64,000 bases of DNA from Vulcanimicrobiota bacterium (GCA_963723515.1 CAVRQT010000003.1:800001-864000); one strand, 5' to 3'; positions 10,349 through 21,320 are shown, numbered from the stretch's first letter. The notes: generated by a model from the sequence alone, not told the origin. Numbers and translations: made by a program.

Positions 10349-13300
10349 TGATCTCGCTGTTCGATGTCGTCACCTTCATCGGCCGACGTCGGCGGCTTTG
10401 TAGCGGACGTGGTCGCATGGTCTAGCGGCCGCATATTCAGCCGGACAAGCTGCGCGTTGAGTCCGCCCAACCCGCTGACAAAGGCACTCACGGCGTGCAC
10501 GCGTTCATTCGTGAGCGCGTGCAGCGCTCGTCCTTCGCGCTCTTCTTCCGCTGTCGGTCGCCTGAAGGTGTCGAACAAGAAAAGCTGCGCCTGCACACGT
10601 TCGCGTAGCACATCTTTGAGGAAGTCGTCGTCCTGATCCGCTTTAGGATCGGAAGTCAACGTCGCTTGCAAGGCGGCAGCGCGCGTTCGGGCCGCCGCCA
10701 GTTGAGAGACCAATGCCGGATTGCTGCCGTCCTTTTCCAGCGCATTCTTGCGCGCGTCGCTCTCTCGTTGAATCGTGGACAGCGTGTTCAACGCCGTGTC
10801 AATGCGAGACCAATCGGCGTACATTTCGTGCTCTAAACGATAGCGCGCGATATGATCCAATAGCGTCGCATCGTCACGCGGATCACGATGGACCGTAATC
10901 GGGGCACGCAACGTGCGGTTGTCCACATGAAGCATTATCGAATAAGTCCCTGGCACAACGGTCGCACCACTCTCAAACTGATTCCAATCACCGGTTGAAT
11001 CCCACGCGACCGGCTTGTCTTCGGTCAAATCCCAAGAGAAACGGTTGAAGCCCGCTTGATTCGTCAGGTCAGGCATGCTCTTTCCATTTTCGGTATGCGA
11101 GCGAAATGTGTGCACAACATTGCCGCGCAAATCAACGATCTCCGCGCTCGGGTTGTGTCTTGCCGGCGTACTCAAATAAAATGTGATGATCGCACCGTAC
11201 GGCGGGTTCTCCCCGGCGCCGAGCAAGTTATTGCCACCCGAATGTATCTCGTAGAGATACGCCGGTCGCACCGGGAAGACGTACGTTCCGGCGACTCTTG
11301 CGCGTGATAGCAGCTGAAGTGGCGTCGCGTCATCAAGAATCCACGCACTACGCCCGTGCGTGCCGATCAGAATGTCATCAAAATCAGGCTGTACGCGAAT
11401 GTCGCGCACGGACGCAGCGGGTAAATTCTGCCGGAACGATTGCCAACGCGCTCCACGATCGAAGGAGACGTAGAAACCAAATTCCGTCCCAAGGTACAGG
11501 ATCGATCCATTGCGCGGATCCTGTCGGATGCTGCGCGCATAATCGTCCGCCGGTAAACCGGTCGTAATCGTGTTCCAATGACGTCCGAAGTCAGCGGTTT
11601 TGAACACATGCGGCGCCTTGTCGCCGATCATGTGCCTGTCGTAAATGACGAACGCCTCGCCTGGATGTTGATTCGATGCGGAGATGCTTGCAAAACGGCC
11701 GAACGGTCGAATGTTGGTCGGTGTAACGTTGCGCCAATGTTTGCCACCGTCGCGCGTTAGCTGCACGAGACCATCGTCCGTGCCGACCCAAATTTGGCCG
11801 CGCGCAACTGCCGAAGGCTCGATGTATAAGATCGTCTCCGATGTTTCTGCGCCGGTTCCCTCGCGCTGCGCGCCGCCGGTCATCACCTCATGCGACCGGA
11901 GGTTGCGCGTCAAATCGGGGCTGATAACCGCCCAATGTTGGCCACGGTCAGATGATTTGAAAACGACGTCGCCTGCAGCGTACGCAACATGCGGATCAAA
12001 AGGATCAAAAGCGAGCGGCGTCTCCCAATTAAAGCGGTAGCGCAACTGCGAGGGTGACGTGGCATTTTGGTCGCGCAAATAAGGCGACGCGGCGATGGTC
12101 TGCTTCGTCCGCTCGTTGAGAATGTCGATCTCGCCGCCATTGTTACCGCCGCCGCTCGTCAACCATGTGTAATTCCGATTTGCTGGATCGGGAATCACCC
12201 AGGTGCCATCACCACCGCCGACGTCTTCCCACTGCGCCGCGACGATGCCGCGCGGCGTGAGCGAATGGTTCGGCGCGCACCAAACGCCGTTGTCCTGCAG
12301 CGGCGCGCAAACCCGATACGGATTTCCACGATCGTAGCCGATGTGGTACAGCTGCCCGATCGGAATCGTGTTGTGCCAATTCCACGTTGCGCCGCCATCG
12401 CGTGAAAATGCAACGCCGCCATCGTTGCCTTCGATAATCCGTTTGCCGTCTTGCGAGATCCACATCGCGTGGTGATCGCCGTGAATGCGCTCGCCGGTCT
12501 TCTTCCACGTTTTTCCACCATCATTGCTGACGACAAGGTGTACTGAATCCGACCAAAGATGGTCTTCGTTTGTCGGATCGACGTAAAGGCGGCTGAAATA
12601 AAACGGACGCTGATTGATATTGCTGTCGCTCGAGATGAGTTGCCAACTCTCGCCGCCGTCGTCTGAACGCCACATGCGCCCCTGACTGGATTCGATTACG
12701 GCATAAACGCGATGCGGATCCGACGGCGCTACGGCCAGGCCGATTCGACCAACTGTATCGGTGGGCAATCCGTGGCCCTGCAGTTTTTGCCAGGTGGCGC
12801 CGCCATCAGTGGAGCGAAAAATTCCATCGTCCGGACCGCCGCTATTGGAAGACCAACCGGTGCGCCGGTATTGCCACATGCAGGCAAAGATAACGTTCGG
12901 CGCTCGCGGGGAACTCGCAAGATCGCAGCCGCCGCTCGATGGACCCAGATACAATGTTCGCGTCCACGTTAGGCCGCCGTCCGTTGAACGATAGATTCCG
13001 CGCTTTGTGCTATCTGCAAATGCATCGCCGAGCGCTGCGACAACAATCGACCGTGGATTGCGGGGATCGACAAGGATCTTTGCGATTGAAGCGGTGCCTT
13101 GCAAACCGGAAAGCGCCCATGTTTTTCCGCCGTCGCGAGAAACGTAGAGCCCGTTTCCTGGAATGACATCGTTGCGCGGATTCGCCTCACCCGTGCCGGC
13201 CCAGACAACGTCCGGGTTTGCCGGATCGAGCGCCAGCGCGCCAATCGCCGCCACGGGTTGGTCATCGAAGAGCGGCGTCCAATCGGCTCCGCCGTTGGTG

Positions 13301-13554
13301 CTTTTCCAGACGCCGCCGCCGGCGGCGCCGATATAGTAGATCGAAGCGTCACGATCACTACCGACGACGGATGTCAAGCGGCCGCCGGCACTTGACGGAC
13401 CGACATTGCGAAACGTCAATTGCGCAAATGGCGATGGCGTAGGACTCGGCGTCGCCGATGGCGCGGGAGAAACTTTCGTTTCGGCGGCCAACGCGCGGCT
13501 TCCAATAAGGGCGCAGAACAACGCCACAACGCACAAGATGTAACGCACGATCAT
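10345..13554 (-). CDS. Secreted BNR/Asp-box (VPS10/sortilin-like, GH74-like) beta-propeller protein
   Basis: Signal peptide and PSATPSPTP linker; many S-x-D-x-G-x-T/S-W Asp-boxes; HGDHHAMWI, YRFNWETP and GTHGRSAWILDD motifs. Confidence 0.9.
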   Translation of the reverse strand: MIVRYILCVVALFCALIGSRALAAETKVSPAPSATPSPTPSPFAQLTFRNVGPSSAGGRLTSVVGSDRDASIYYIGAAGGGVWKSTNGGADWTPLFDDQPVAAIGALALDPANPDVVWAGTGEANPRNDVIPGNGLYVSRDGGKTWALSGLQGTASIAKILVDPRNPRSIVVAALGDAFADSTKRGIYRSTDGGLTWTRTLYLGPSSGGCDLASSPRAPNVIFACMWQYRRTGWSSNSGGPDDGIFRSTDGGATWQKLQGHGLPTDTVGRIGLAVAPSDPHRVYAVIESSQGRMWRSDDGGESWQLISSDSNINQRPFYFSRLYVDPTNEDHLWSDSVHLVVSNDGGKTWKKTGERIHGDHHAMWISQDGKRIIEGNDGGVAFSRDGGATWNWHNTIPIGQLYHIGYDRGNPYRVCAPLQDNGVWCAPNHSLTPRGIVAAQWEDVGGGDGTWVIPDPANRNYTWLTSGGGNNGGEIDILNERTKQTIAASPYLRDQNATSPSQLRYRFNWETPLAFDPFDPHVAYAAGDVVFKSSDRGQHWAVISPDLTRNLRSHEVMTGGAQREGTGAETSETILYIEPSAVARGQIWVGTDDGLVQLTRDGGKHWRNVTPTNIRPFGRFASISASNQHPGEAFVIYDRHMIGDKAPHVFKTADFGRHWNTITTGLPADDYARSIRQDPRNGSILYLGTEFGFYVSFDRGARWQSFRQNLPAASVRDIRVQPDFDDILIGTHGRSAWILDDATPLQLLSRARVAGTYVFPVRPAYLYEIHSGGNNLLGAGENPPYGAIITFYLSTPARHNPSAEIVDLRGNVVHTFRSHTENGKSMPDLTNQAGFNRFSWDLTEDKPVAWDSTGDWNQFESGATVVPGTYSIMLHVDNRTLRAPITVHRDPRDDATLLDHIARYRLEHEMYADWSRIDTALNTLSTIQRESDARKNALEKDGSNPALVSQLAAARTRAAALQATLTSDPKADQDDDFLKDVLRERVQAQLFLFDTFRRPTAEEEREGRALHALTNERVHAVSAFVSGLGGLNAQLVRLNMRPLDHATTSATKPPTSADEGDDIEQRDH

Positions 13555-13656
13555 CTTTTTCGTGGTCTTTGTTGCCTTGCGCCTGTCGAAGGAGCAATCC
13601 ACAACCCGCAATCGCGTCGCCAAGAGGTTTCGTGATGAAGTGCCGTAGCAAGCCGC

Positions 13657-13971
13657 ATGTTAGTTCATTTGGGTCACATCCAACCACTGTTGGCGCTCGG
13701 CGTCGTCGCGACGACGGCTGCCACCGATGCGGTCTATGTCATGTTCACTTCAGCCGTCTCGGCACGGCGGCGTTTTTCAGCGGCCACGTGGAGCGGCGTC
13801 TGGTATCTCTTGTCGTCATTCGCTGTGATCACATACACGAAGGATTGGATTTACGTCTGCTTCGCCGCAATTGGCTCATGGATCGGTGCCTACGCTTCGA
13901 TGACGTGGCTTCACCACTCGGCGGCACATGGAGATCTGCCGCTTCAGAGGCCGCTTGATTCCGGGCGATGA
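13657..13971 (+). CDS. Small membrane protein (about 3 TM)
   Basis: Hydrophobic 104-aa ORF. Confidence 0.65.
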   Translation: MLVHLGHIQPLLALGVVATTAATDAVYVMFTSAVSARRRFSAATWSGVWYLLSSFAVITYTKDWIYVCFAAIGSWIGAYASMTWLHHSAAHGDLPLQRPLDSGR

Positions 13972-13982
13972 TTGGCTTTGAT

Positions 13983-14429
13983 CTAGTGCGGCGTTTGAGA
14001 ACCCTCGGCGACGCCTACTTGATCGCGGTAGACCATTTGTCCGCCAAGATAACCGGAAATGGCCAACACGATGATGCCGATGATTTCCAGCACATAGCCC
14101 GGCGCGGATGTCGCATTTGCTAACCGAAGATAAAATGCGATCGCGAAGATGACGACGGTCAGCAGATTGAAGATCATGTGGGTCGTTGCCGTCTTTTTTA
14201 CAGAATCGGATAAGGCGCCGTCAGGTAATCGGTGAAACCGAAGACGGCCGCCAACAAAGCGCCGATGATCCCGAGGCCAATCAGCACGATCGCCATGCGC
14301 GGCCAGAACACGGGATCACCCCAGTGCGAAATGATGTCGCAGAGCGAGGGCGCCAACAAAGAATGCTATCGGAAACGGAATCAGCATCGGATGAATCGGG
14401 TGGCCGTTTATCGTCGCTTTGCCTTGCAT
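13983..14429 (-). CDS. DUF2231-type membrane protein (frameshifted)
   Basis: MQGKATINGHPIHPMLIPFPIAFF...AAVFGFTDY...THMIFN...GYLGGQMVY; GGAGG SD upstream. Confidence 0.85.
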
Positions 14430-14502
14430 CGTAATGACCTCCGGCAAGGCGCTTACCCGCTCATCAAGCGCCTCGCAAACTCACGCGCGATAATTTTGCG
14501 CC

Positions 14503-15120
14503 CTAGCGGACGCGCGAAAGCAAGAACTGGGCGATGAGATCTGCTTCAAAGAGCAGATGATGCGTGAGCCAGCGGATTGTGCGGGGCACGTCAGTTCGCC
14601 AAGTTCGAGCACAAGCGCCGCATCGGACGCGTGGACTTGCCGAAAAGCGTAATAGTCGCGCAAATTGTCGGTGAAGTTGTCAGGCTGAAAAAGGAATGGC
14701 CAATAGCGCTGATACAGCGACCGCCAAGAATCGGCTGCTGCACGAGCGGACTGCGCGTGATAACCAATAGATGCGCCGCTCGTGCATGGCGACGAGGTGC
14801 CGTCGAAGTGGATGAAGACGGCGTCTTTCACGCCATATTGTCCATCGAAATCGGCCGGGACACGGATGACCGAAACGCCATGCGATCGCAATATCCGCGT
14901 CACTTCATCGGCAACCTTGGGCGTTAGCTCTTTCTCACCGGCCGTTCCCATGTTGCATTTATGTGTCGGAAAGCGCTTACAGCTCGCCGGCCTGCCCTCA
15001 TGCCCGGCGCCTATGAGCACATCAGCGTGAAACGGCGTGGGACTTGCGCTCGCCGCTAGATCACCAAAGCCGATGGCAATTGCAACGAGCGTTGCAACAA
15101 TAGCAAAATGCGTTTCGCAT
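14503..15120 (-). CDS. Secreted N-acetylmuramoyl-L-alanine amidase-like protein (Amidase_3 fold; frameshifts near both ends)
   Basis: VLIGAGHEG, GEKELT, VFIHFDG and LVLELGELT give the Zn/catalytic residue pattern. Confidence 0.65.
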
Positions 15121-15148
15121 GTGTCACGCTGAAAGCTCAGGGTGACAC
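15121..15148. repeat. Compact REP-like hairpin
   Basis: GTGTCACGCTGA-AAGC-TCAGGGTGACAC. Confidence 0.75.
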
Positions 15149-15180
15149 TGAAGCAATCGATGACACATGAAGCTGACGCG

Positions 15181-16767
15181 TCACGCGGCGCGTTGAGCCG
15201 TACTTTGCTGCCCCGGCCGAAACGCACGAACGCAACGACGCCGGCGCCGAATGCAAGCACGGCGCAAGCCACCATCGCGGCCTCGAATCCTCGCGTGAAC
15301 GCATCACTCGACAATCGCCGAAACTTGCGCGCGCTCGCTGCCATGAATGCTGGAGGGAATGTACCCTGTCACGATGCGATTGCGATCTCGGTGCAAGCTT
15401 GCGCGGCTAGCGGCCGACAGAGTCGCCGACCCGACCGCTCGATCGTACCTGGCATAAAACGCGAACGTCAACACTAATCCAAGCGCCGCAATCGCCAGCA
15501 ATCCCGCCGTCCTCGCAATGGCGTTATTGATGCCGGATGCGATCCCGGCATGGGTGCTTTCAATCGCATTCATCACCGTTGCCGTCAAAGGCGCCACGAA
15601 AATGGCTGCCGCGATTCCCAACACGACCGCCGCTGGAAAAAACGAGACCCAATACGATTTGCCTTGACCCGCCATTGCGAACAACACGTAGGCAATTGCC
15701 GCAATGACCGCACCGGTCACCAACATAACTCGCGGGCCGACTTGCGCTTGCGCCGCTCCGCTGTAGCGTGAAAACAAGAACAGAATGACGATCATCGGCA
15801 GTATCGCCGCGCCCGCCGAAGTGGGCGTGTAGTGCTGCACGTTGATCAAGTCAAACGGAATGAAGAACATTCCGCCGCCCAAACCCGCGTAGAGCAGCAG
15901 CGTGTAAGCGTTCGCTCCCGCGAAAACAGAAGATCGAAAAAAGCGCAGCGGCATCATCGCGTTGCTGATCCGGCCCTCGTAATAGACGAAAAGTACGAGT
16001 AAAATCAGTGCCGCGATACCCACAGCGATCGGAATCAATTGAAAGCCGTGGCCCTGAGAGGCGATCAACGCGTAAACAAGTCCGCCCAACCCGAGTGAGG
16101 CCAAAACTGATCCGCCAACGTCCAGCTTCTTCGAAACCGTCTCATCGTGGCTTTCGGAGATGTGCCGCACCGCTATATAAATGATGAACGCCGCAATCGG
16201 CACGTTGATCAGGAAGACCCAGCGCCATGAGAAGTGCTGCGCAAGGTAGCCGCCGAGCACTGGTCCGATAGCGGTGCTGATTGCCGAAAAGGCGGACCAC
16301 GTGCCGATCGCTTTCCCGCGCTCTTTTGCCGAAAATTGTGCGGTAATGAGTGCCAAACTTTCGGGCACGAGCAACGCCGCGCCGATTCCCTGCACGCAAC
16401 GTGCGGTCAGCAGCTCCGCCGCATTTAAGGAAACGGCGCACGCCGCCGACGCCACCGCAAAGACTGCGCAGCCGAGCACAAACATCCGGCGCCGCCCGAA
16501 GACATCGCCCAAACCGCCGCCGATCAGCATCAGGGCCGCGAGGAAAAGCGCGTAGCCTTCGACGATCCACCAAACCGTTGCCGCATCCGCGTGCAAGTCG
16601 CGCTGTAGAATCGGCAGTACGACATTCACCGCTGTCCCATCGATCAACGGCATCGCGCTGCCGAGCACCGTTGCGATCAGAACCCAAGTTCCGGCGCGAA
16701 CCGCGTGTCGCTCGCGCGCGAGCGTATGCGCGACGCGCTCGCAGGGATGCTCGATGAAGACGGCCAT
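15181..16767 (-). CDS. MFS DHA2 (EmrB/QacA-type) efflux transporter (last TM helix in a shifted frame)
   Basis: IDGTAVNVVLP, GGLGDVFGRRRMF, ARCVQGIGAAL, GPVLGGYL, WRWVFLINVP. Confidence 0.92.
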
Positions 16768-16785
16768 TAAGTGGCCGTCAAGTTG

Positions 16786-17106
16786 TTACAGCCGAGAGAG
16801 AATGCCCTGCGCGAACGAAGGCGCGAAGTGTTGCAGCACTTGCGGGTTGCTCGCAATGAAGCTCACCACGGCTTGCTTAGCACCGCCGCCGCCGCCGGAT
16901 TGCAATTGCGAAACGAGGCTCATCGCCTGTTGCGCGAGATCGCTTTGCCCCTGATTTTGCAGATTGTTCGCCGCAGTTTGAAGGTGATCGGCGATCTGCC
17001 CTTGATCCATCGAATCGAGATGATCGCTCGCGGCTTGCTGCACCTTTTGCTGATCGACATTCCCGCTCATGACCTGTTCGGCCATACCCTTCAGCTGATC
17101 AAACAT
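16786..17106 (-). CDS. Hypothetical Gln-rich helical protein
   Basis: 106-aa ORF with GGAAGG SD upstream. Confidence 0.75.
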   Translation of the reverse strand: MFDQLKGMAEQVMSGNVDQQKVQQAASDHLDSMDQGQIADHLQTAANNLQNQGQSDLAQQAMSLVSQLQSGGGGGAKQAVVSFIASNPQVLQHFAPSFAQGILSRL

Positions 17107-17184
17107 CGTGCGGCCTTCCTTTCAATAGATAGACGCCAAGAAGTGTGTTTTGTACCCTGATTTAAAGCGGGTACACCCTCGCAA

Positions 17185-18699
17185 ATGAACACTGAGCCGC
17201 AAGTCGCAATCGCCGGCGCAGGACCGGTTGGCCTTTCCCTTGCGTTAGGACTCGCTCGCATGGGAATCCGGAGCGTCATCTTCGAGCAAGCGACGCAGCT
17301 GCCGCCGTTCTCGCGCGCAATTGTCGTGCTAACGCGCACGCTTGAGGCGTTCCAGGGCTGGAACGTCGGCGATAGGTTCATGAACACGAGCGAATTCTTG
17401 ACCGAGTTCAGCGCCTATAGGGCTGAAACGAACACTCCGTTTGTTCACCTCGACTTTACGACGCTGCATGATGTCACACCGAAGCCAGGAGTCGCCGTGC
17501 TGCCGCAAGATCGAACTGAAAAGATCCTCTGCGACGAGCTGCTCAAGACTGGACTGAGCGAAGTGCGCTTTCAGCATGAGGTTGTCGGCGCAACGCAAAA
17601 CGGCGATGGCGTCCGGCTGACGATTCAATCGGGTGACGCAACGCGCTCAGAAGCTCAAGCCCAGTATCTGGTCGGTTGCGATGGCGCGCACAGCGCCGTG
17701 CGGCAGTCACTCGGCATAACGCTTGCCGGAACGACGTATCCGGTTCATGTTTTTCTCGCAGACGTGCGTATCAGCGACCAACGCGATGCTCTGCCATGGC
17801 CTCGCTTGGCATTTGATGCCCCGCATTTTCTCTTCGCGGTGCGATTTGAGCCGGGACGATGGCGCATCGTCGGCGCTCTCGATCGGTCGAATGCCGATGC
17901 AACGCTAGATCAAGCGTTCTACCAAGAGCAAGTGGAGCGAACGCTAGGTCCGGGCCCTTTCGAGATCATGTGGCAGAGCAAGTTCAATATCCATCGCCGG
18001 CATGCAGCATCGTTTCGCGAAGGCCGAATTCTCTTAGCCGGTGACGCTGCGCACTTGAACAGCCCCGCGGGCGGACAAGGCATGAACGCCGGCATCCAAG
18101 ATGCGCACAATCTTGCCTGGAAATTGGCATATGCTCTGCGCGGCGGTGACTCTAAAGCGTTGCTCGATTCCTACGATGTTGAACGGCACGAAGCCATCAT
18201 GGGAGGCGTCGAAGTGGTCACCGATCGGCTGTCGCGCTTCGGGCTTTTTACATCACGAAATATGCGCGACATGCTTGCAACGCTCGCCGGCAGGCTGATT
18301 CGACTTCCCTTGTTTAAACGACGAGTGCTCTTTACGATGTCAATGTTGGCGACGCGCTATCGGCGATCGCCGCTGTTCTTCGGTCGCAGTTCGTTGCTTG
18401 GACGGCGCTCTCCGGAACTTTCCGCCCTCGGCGAATATCGCCCGACGCTCTTCCTCTATCAGCCCAGCGAAGACGTCGCTGATGCGGCAAACATGCTGGA
18501 CGTTCCCGAACTGCGCGTAGCCGAGACGACAGATTGGGCGCTGTGGAAATGCGCGCAGCCATTTGCGGCACTCGTTCGTCCTGACGGCATCGTCGGATAT
18601 TTCGAACGCGTTCCGAGCGCTGAAAGCCTCGCTCAAAACGTCCGTGCGGCGCTCGGTTTTCCGCACGAAACGGCCCTGCAAGTCGCGCACGAGTACTAG
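17185..18699 (+). CDS. FAD-dependent monooxygenase (FAD_binding_3 / aromatic hydroxylase type)
   Basis: GAGPVGL, VGCDGAHSAVR, LAGDAAHLNSPAGGQGMNAGIQDAHNLAWKL, LVRPDG. Confidence 0.93.
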   Translation: MNTEPQVAIAGAGPVGLSLALGLARMGIRSVIFEQATQLPPFSRAIVVLTRTLEAFQGWNVGDRFMNTSEFLTEFSAYRAETNTPFVHLDFTTLHDVTPKPGVAVLPQDRTEKILCDELLKTGLSEVRFQHEVVGATQNGDGVRLTIQSGDATRSEAQAQYLVGCDGAHSAVRQSLGITLAGTTYPVHVFLADVRISDQRDALPWPRLAFDAPHFLFAVRFEPGRWRIVGALDRSNADATLDQAFYQEQVERTLGPGPFEIMWQSKFNIHRRHAASFREGRILLAGDAAHLNSPAGGQGMNAGIQDAHNLAWKLAYALRGGDSKALLDSYDVERHEAIMGGVEVVTDRLSRFGLFTSRNMRDMLATLAGRLIRLPLFKRRVLFTMSMLATRYRRSPLFFGRSSLLGRRSPELSALGEYRPTLFLYQPSEDVADAANMLDVPELRVAETTDWALWKCAQPFAALVRPDGIVGYFERVPSAESLAQNVRAALGFPHETALQVAHEY

Positions 18700-18704
18700 G
18701 GCAC

Positions 18705-19115
18705 ATGAGCGTACGAGTTTACGGCATCAACCATATCGCAATCGAAGTCGACGACATCGAAAAGGCAGTCGACTTTTACGAGGATGTCTTCAATTTAGAA
18801 AAACTTGACGAGGGAGAGGGTGACGCATTCTTCCAAATCGGCGAGCACCAGTTTCTGGCGATGTTTGAAGTGGATAAGGTCAGTCCCGACAATACACGCC
18901 ACTTCGGCCTCATCGTGCGCGACGAAGCGCAACTCGCCGAAGTCCGCGATAAAGTTCAGAAGAAATACGGACTAAAGCTGTTCCCGCGATTCCGGTGCGA
19001 CTTCATCGATCCGTTCGGCAATCGCGTTCAAGTCGTCGATCTGCATGACGAATCGCTCGTTTGGCTCTTGCCGTATCAGGAAGTTCAAAAAGCGGGCATC
19101 AACTTCAACGACTGA
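18705..19115 (+). CDS. VOC/glyoxalase family protein
   Basis: INHIAIEVDD...FYEDVF, HFGL, FIDPFGNRVQV. Confidence 0.9.
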   Translation: MSVRVYGINHIAIEVDDIEKAVDFYEDVFNLEKLDEGEGDAFFQIGEHQFLAMFEVDKVSPDNTRHFGLIVRDEAQLAEVRDKVQKKYGLKLFPRFRCDFIDPFGNRVQVVDLHDESLVWLLPYQEVQKAGINFND

Positions 19116-19131
19116 ACCGCTGGTTGCACTT

Positions 19132-19261
19132 CCTGTCACACTGAGCTAACCTGTCACACTGAGCTAACCTGTCACACTGAGCTTGTCGAAGTGCCGAAGG
19201 ATGGCTTAGCTCAGGAAGCGGCGTTGCGTTCATGCCATGCTTCGACAGGCTCAGCATGACA
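19132..19261. repeat. REP-like element whose left arm is tandemly triplicated with 18-bp period
   Basis: CCTGTCACACTGAGCT at 19132, 19150 and 19168; inverted GCTTCGACAGGCTCAGCATGACA at the end. Confidence 0.85.
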
Positions 19262-19267
19262 CCGGGA

Positions 19268-19829
19268 CTATTTCATTAGGAGATTGCTTCCACGTCTTGA
19301 TGGATGCACACGCGGTTCCCTTAGCGGCGGATACCATGACGAAAACGCGTATCGCTTTCCGCGCCTGACGATCTCGACCGACCGATCGAACACCGCGAGT
19401 TCCTCTCCCTCCGGCAACACGGCCGATCGACATGCAATGCCGTTAGCATGCGGGATGGCATACGCTCTTCTTCCTACATCGCGCGTACGCACCCACGTGA
19501 CGCTTCTTGGGATAACTCGCCGGCAACCCGGCCTCCCGGAGCCCCTCATCCGTGGCACAGTCCACAAACTCCGACAATCGCACGTTCACTTGCATCAACA
19601 CCGGTTGAAATTCCGGCTCGAGATCGAAGAGCGTGTGAATCTCGCCTTCGAAATGTCGGCGCGCGTTTGCGGCGGCTACATCAACCGTGGCGCAAAGATG
19701 CAATACGCCGAAGGTATCGGGCGCATTCCAACGACCGCCATCTCTACGCGAGAACGAGATATCGAGACAATCAAGCCACTCGGGGTCGCAAACGCGGTAA
19801 TGACGTCCACCGCGTTTGGTGAGAATCAC
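19268..19829 (-). CDS. RES-domain toxin (frameshifted)
   Basis: HYRV, GGRWN, GIACRSA, ELAVF; overlaps the upstream antitoxin stop (GTGA-type coupling). Confidence 0.75.
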
Positions 19830-20182
19830 AAACCGCTATAGGAGTAGAGCCGCTCGAGATATTCGTAGATAGGCTCAACACCGCGCTGTGCCACCACCTG
19901 AAGCACAGTCTGCCCTTGAAGACCGCGTCCCTCCGTACGCACAATCTGAGGCAGTCGGTCGCTCTTCAGTCGCCGCTTCAGCAATTGTGCCAGCTCGGCA
20001 ACGCGCGCCACGTCTGCCGCGCGGCCGGGTGGAACAGAGCGCATCTTCCATTGTTGCGCTGCTTGCCGGCTGACATTGAAGAGCGCCCCCAACTCGCCAT
20101 CGCTCAACCCGAAGGCCTCTTGGATCACATCAATGGGCTTCAGGGCTGCGGTTCGGCGTGGTCGCGCTAACGTTGCTTGCAT
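19826..20182 (-). CDS. Xre/MbcA/ParS-type antitoxin (HTH plus DUF2384-like C-terminus)
   Basis: FGLSDGELGALFNVSRQAAQQW HTH; C-terminal 'IVRTEGRGLQGQTVLQVV'; immediately upstream of the RES gene. Confidence 0.75.
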   Translation of the reverse strand: MQATLARPRRTAALKPIDVIQEAFGLSDGELGALFNVSRQAAQQWKMRSVPPGRAADVARVAELAQLLKRRLKSDRLPQIVRTEGRGLQGQTVLQVVAQRGVEPIYEYLERLYSYSGL

Positions 20183-20233
20183 TTCATCCTTAGTGTACCG
20201 CTATGTGCAAGCAAACTGCAAGCAACGGCAAGC
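20173..20233 (-). promoter_or_regulatory. TA promoter/operator region
   Basis: Minus-strand TTGCAG-N18-TACACT; TGCAAGCAA at 20206 and 20217, GCAAGC at 20228, inverted TTGCTTGCA at 20173. Confidence 0.55.
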
Positions 20234-20248
20234 GCCTTGCGCGTCCGC

Positions 20249-20917
20249 TTAGTCGGAGCGGCGGCTGCCTCCGAAGATCTGCAGCAACGCGAGAAAGATG
20301 TTAATCGCGTCTAGGTAGAGTTGCACGGCAATCTGCACCGGCGGATAGTTATCGCCACCCGCGCGGATGCGTGCAAAATCGATCAGCGTGATGAACGAGA
20401 AAATGCCGAGCGTGAGCCAGGCGTAAAGCGTGGGATGAACCCAATGCGTAAAGATCGAGACGATGCCCGCGATAACTAGCAGCAGCAAAGCGCCCATGGC
20501 GATTCCGCTGAAGCGGCGCAAGTCCAATCCGGTTGCGTAAACGATCACGCCGAGAGCTAACATCCCGAGCCCAGTCGTCGCCGCGGCTTCAACAACAACG
20601 CCCGGCCCGATCGCGCGCAAGTAAATCCCGATCACCGGCGCGATCCACACGCCCATCAAGAAGGTGAAAACATAGTAGAGCAACAGCGCCAGCGGTTCGT
20701 TGTTGCGAACGCCATGAATCGCGAAAAGCAAAATGAATCCCGCAATAAACGCGATCCATCCGATCGGGCTTCCCGGAGCGAGCACATTTTGCAGTAAGTA
20801 CGCCGCGATCGCCGTCACGAGAAGACCAATCGCCGTGATCCCGAGCACTTGCGCGAGCAACGATTGCACCGGTATCGCCGGCGCGTATGCTTGCGGTTGC
20901 CGATAACTTAACGCCAT
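20249..20917 (-). CDS. Bax inhibitor-1/YccA family membrane protein
   Basis: About 7 TM; C-terminal AVQLYLDAINIFLALLQIFG signature. Confidence 0.92.
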   Translation of the reverse strand: MALSYRQPQAYAPAIPVQSLLAQVLGITAIGLLVTAIAAYLLQNVLAPGSPIGWIAFIAGFILLFAIHGVRNNEPLALLLYYVFTFLMGVWIAPVIGIYLRAIGPGVVVEAAATTGLGMLALGVIVYATGLDLRRFSGIAMGALLLLVIAGIVSIFTHWVHPTLYAWLTLGIFSFITLIDFARIRAGGDNYPPVQIAVQLYLDAINIFLALLQIFGGSRRSD

Positions 20918-20952
20918 ATGCTCCTTCTTACCGTTTGATTAATAACGCGCTG

Positions 20953-21105
20953 TCAATCTGGCTTCTGCAAGCCGGCTGCTTTTAAGGCTGCGACCACCGC
21001 CGCGACGAGATCTTCTGTGCGATTGCCTTCCACTTTGAAAAGGCCAATCAGTTTTCGCTTACGCGGCTGTTCCGTCTGCGCGTCGCGCTTAGGCTCGTGC
21101 TTCAT
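20953..21105 (-). CDS. Possible 50-aa protein MKHEPKRDAQ...LVAAVVAALKAAGLQKPD
   Basis: Intact ATG-TGA ORF in an intergenic gap with an amphipathic C-terminal helix. Confidence 0.4.
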   Translation of the reverse strand: MKHEPKRDAQTEQPRKRKLIGLFKVEGNRTEDLVAAVVAALKAAGLQKPD

Positions 21106-21320
21106 AGTTTTTCTACCACTTAATTACAACGGAAGTTGCGCGCGTCACCCGGCCTGTTGCGGTGCCGACAACGCAGATACGGCCACGTCGTGGCGCCGAA
21201 CTGCTAGCCGATCAGGCCGTTTTTCGGGGAGTTGGCGTCCACCGCCCTAGGAATTCATATTTTGGCAACGTCTGAGCATAGTGCCAGCCATATGGCACTG
21301 CCCTCCGCCATCCTTCCGGT

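Noticed and set aside
14481..15344. 287-aa ORF as a single protein
   Set aside because: It is a chimera of the MFS last helix, a REP hairpin and the amidase-like gene.
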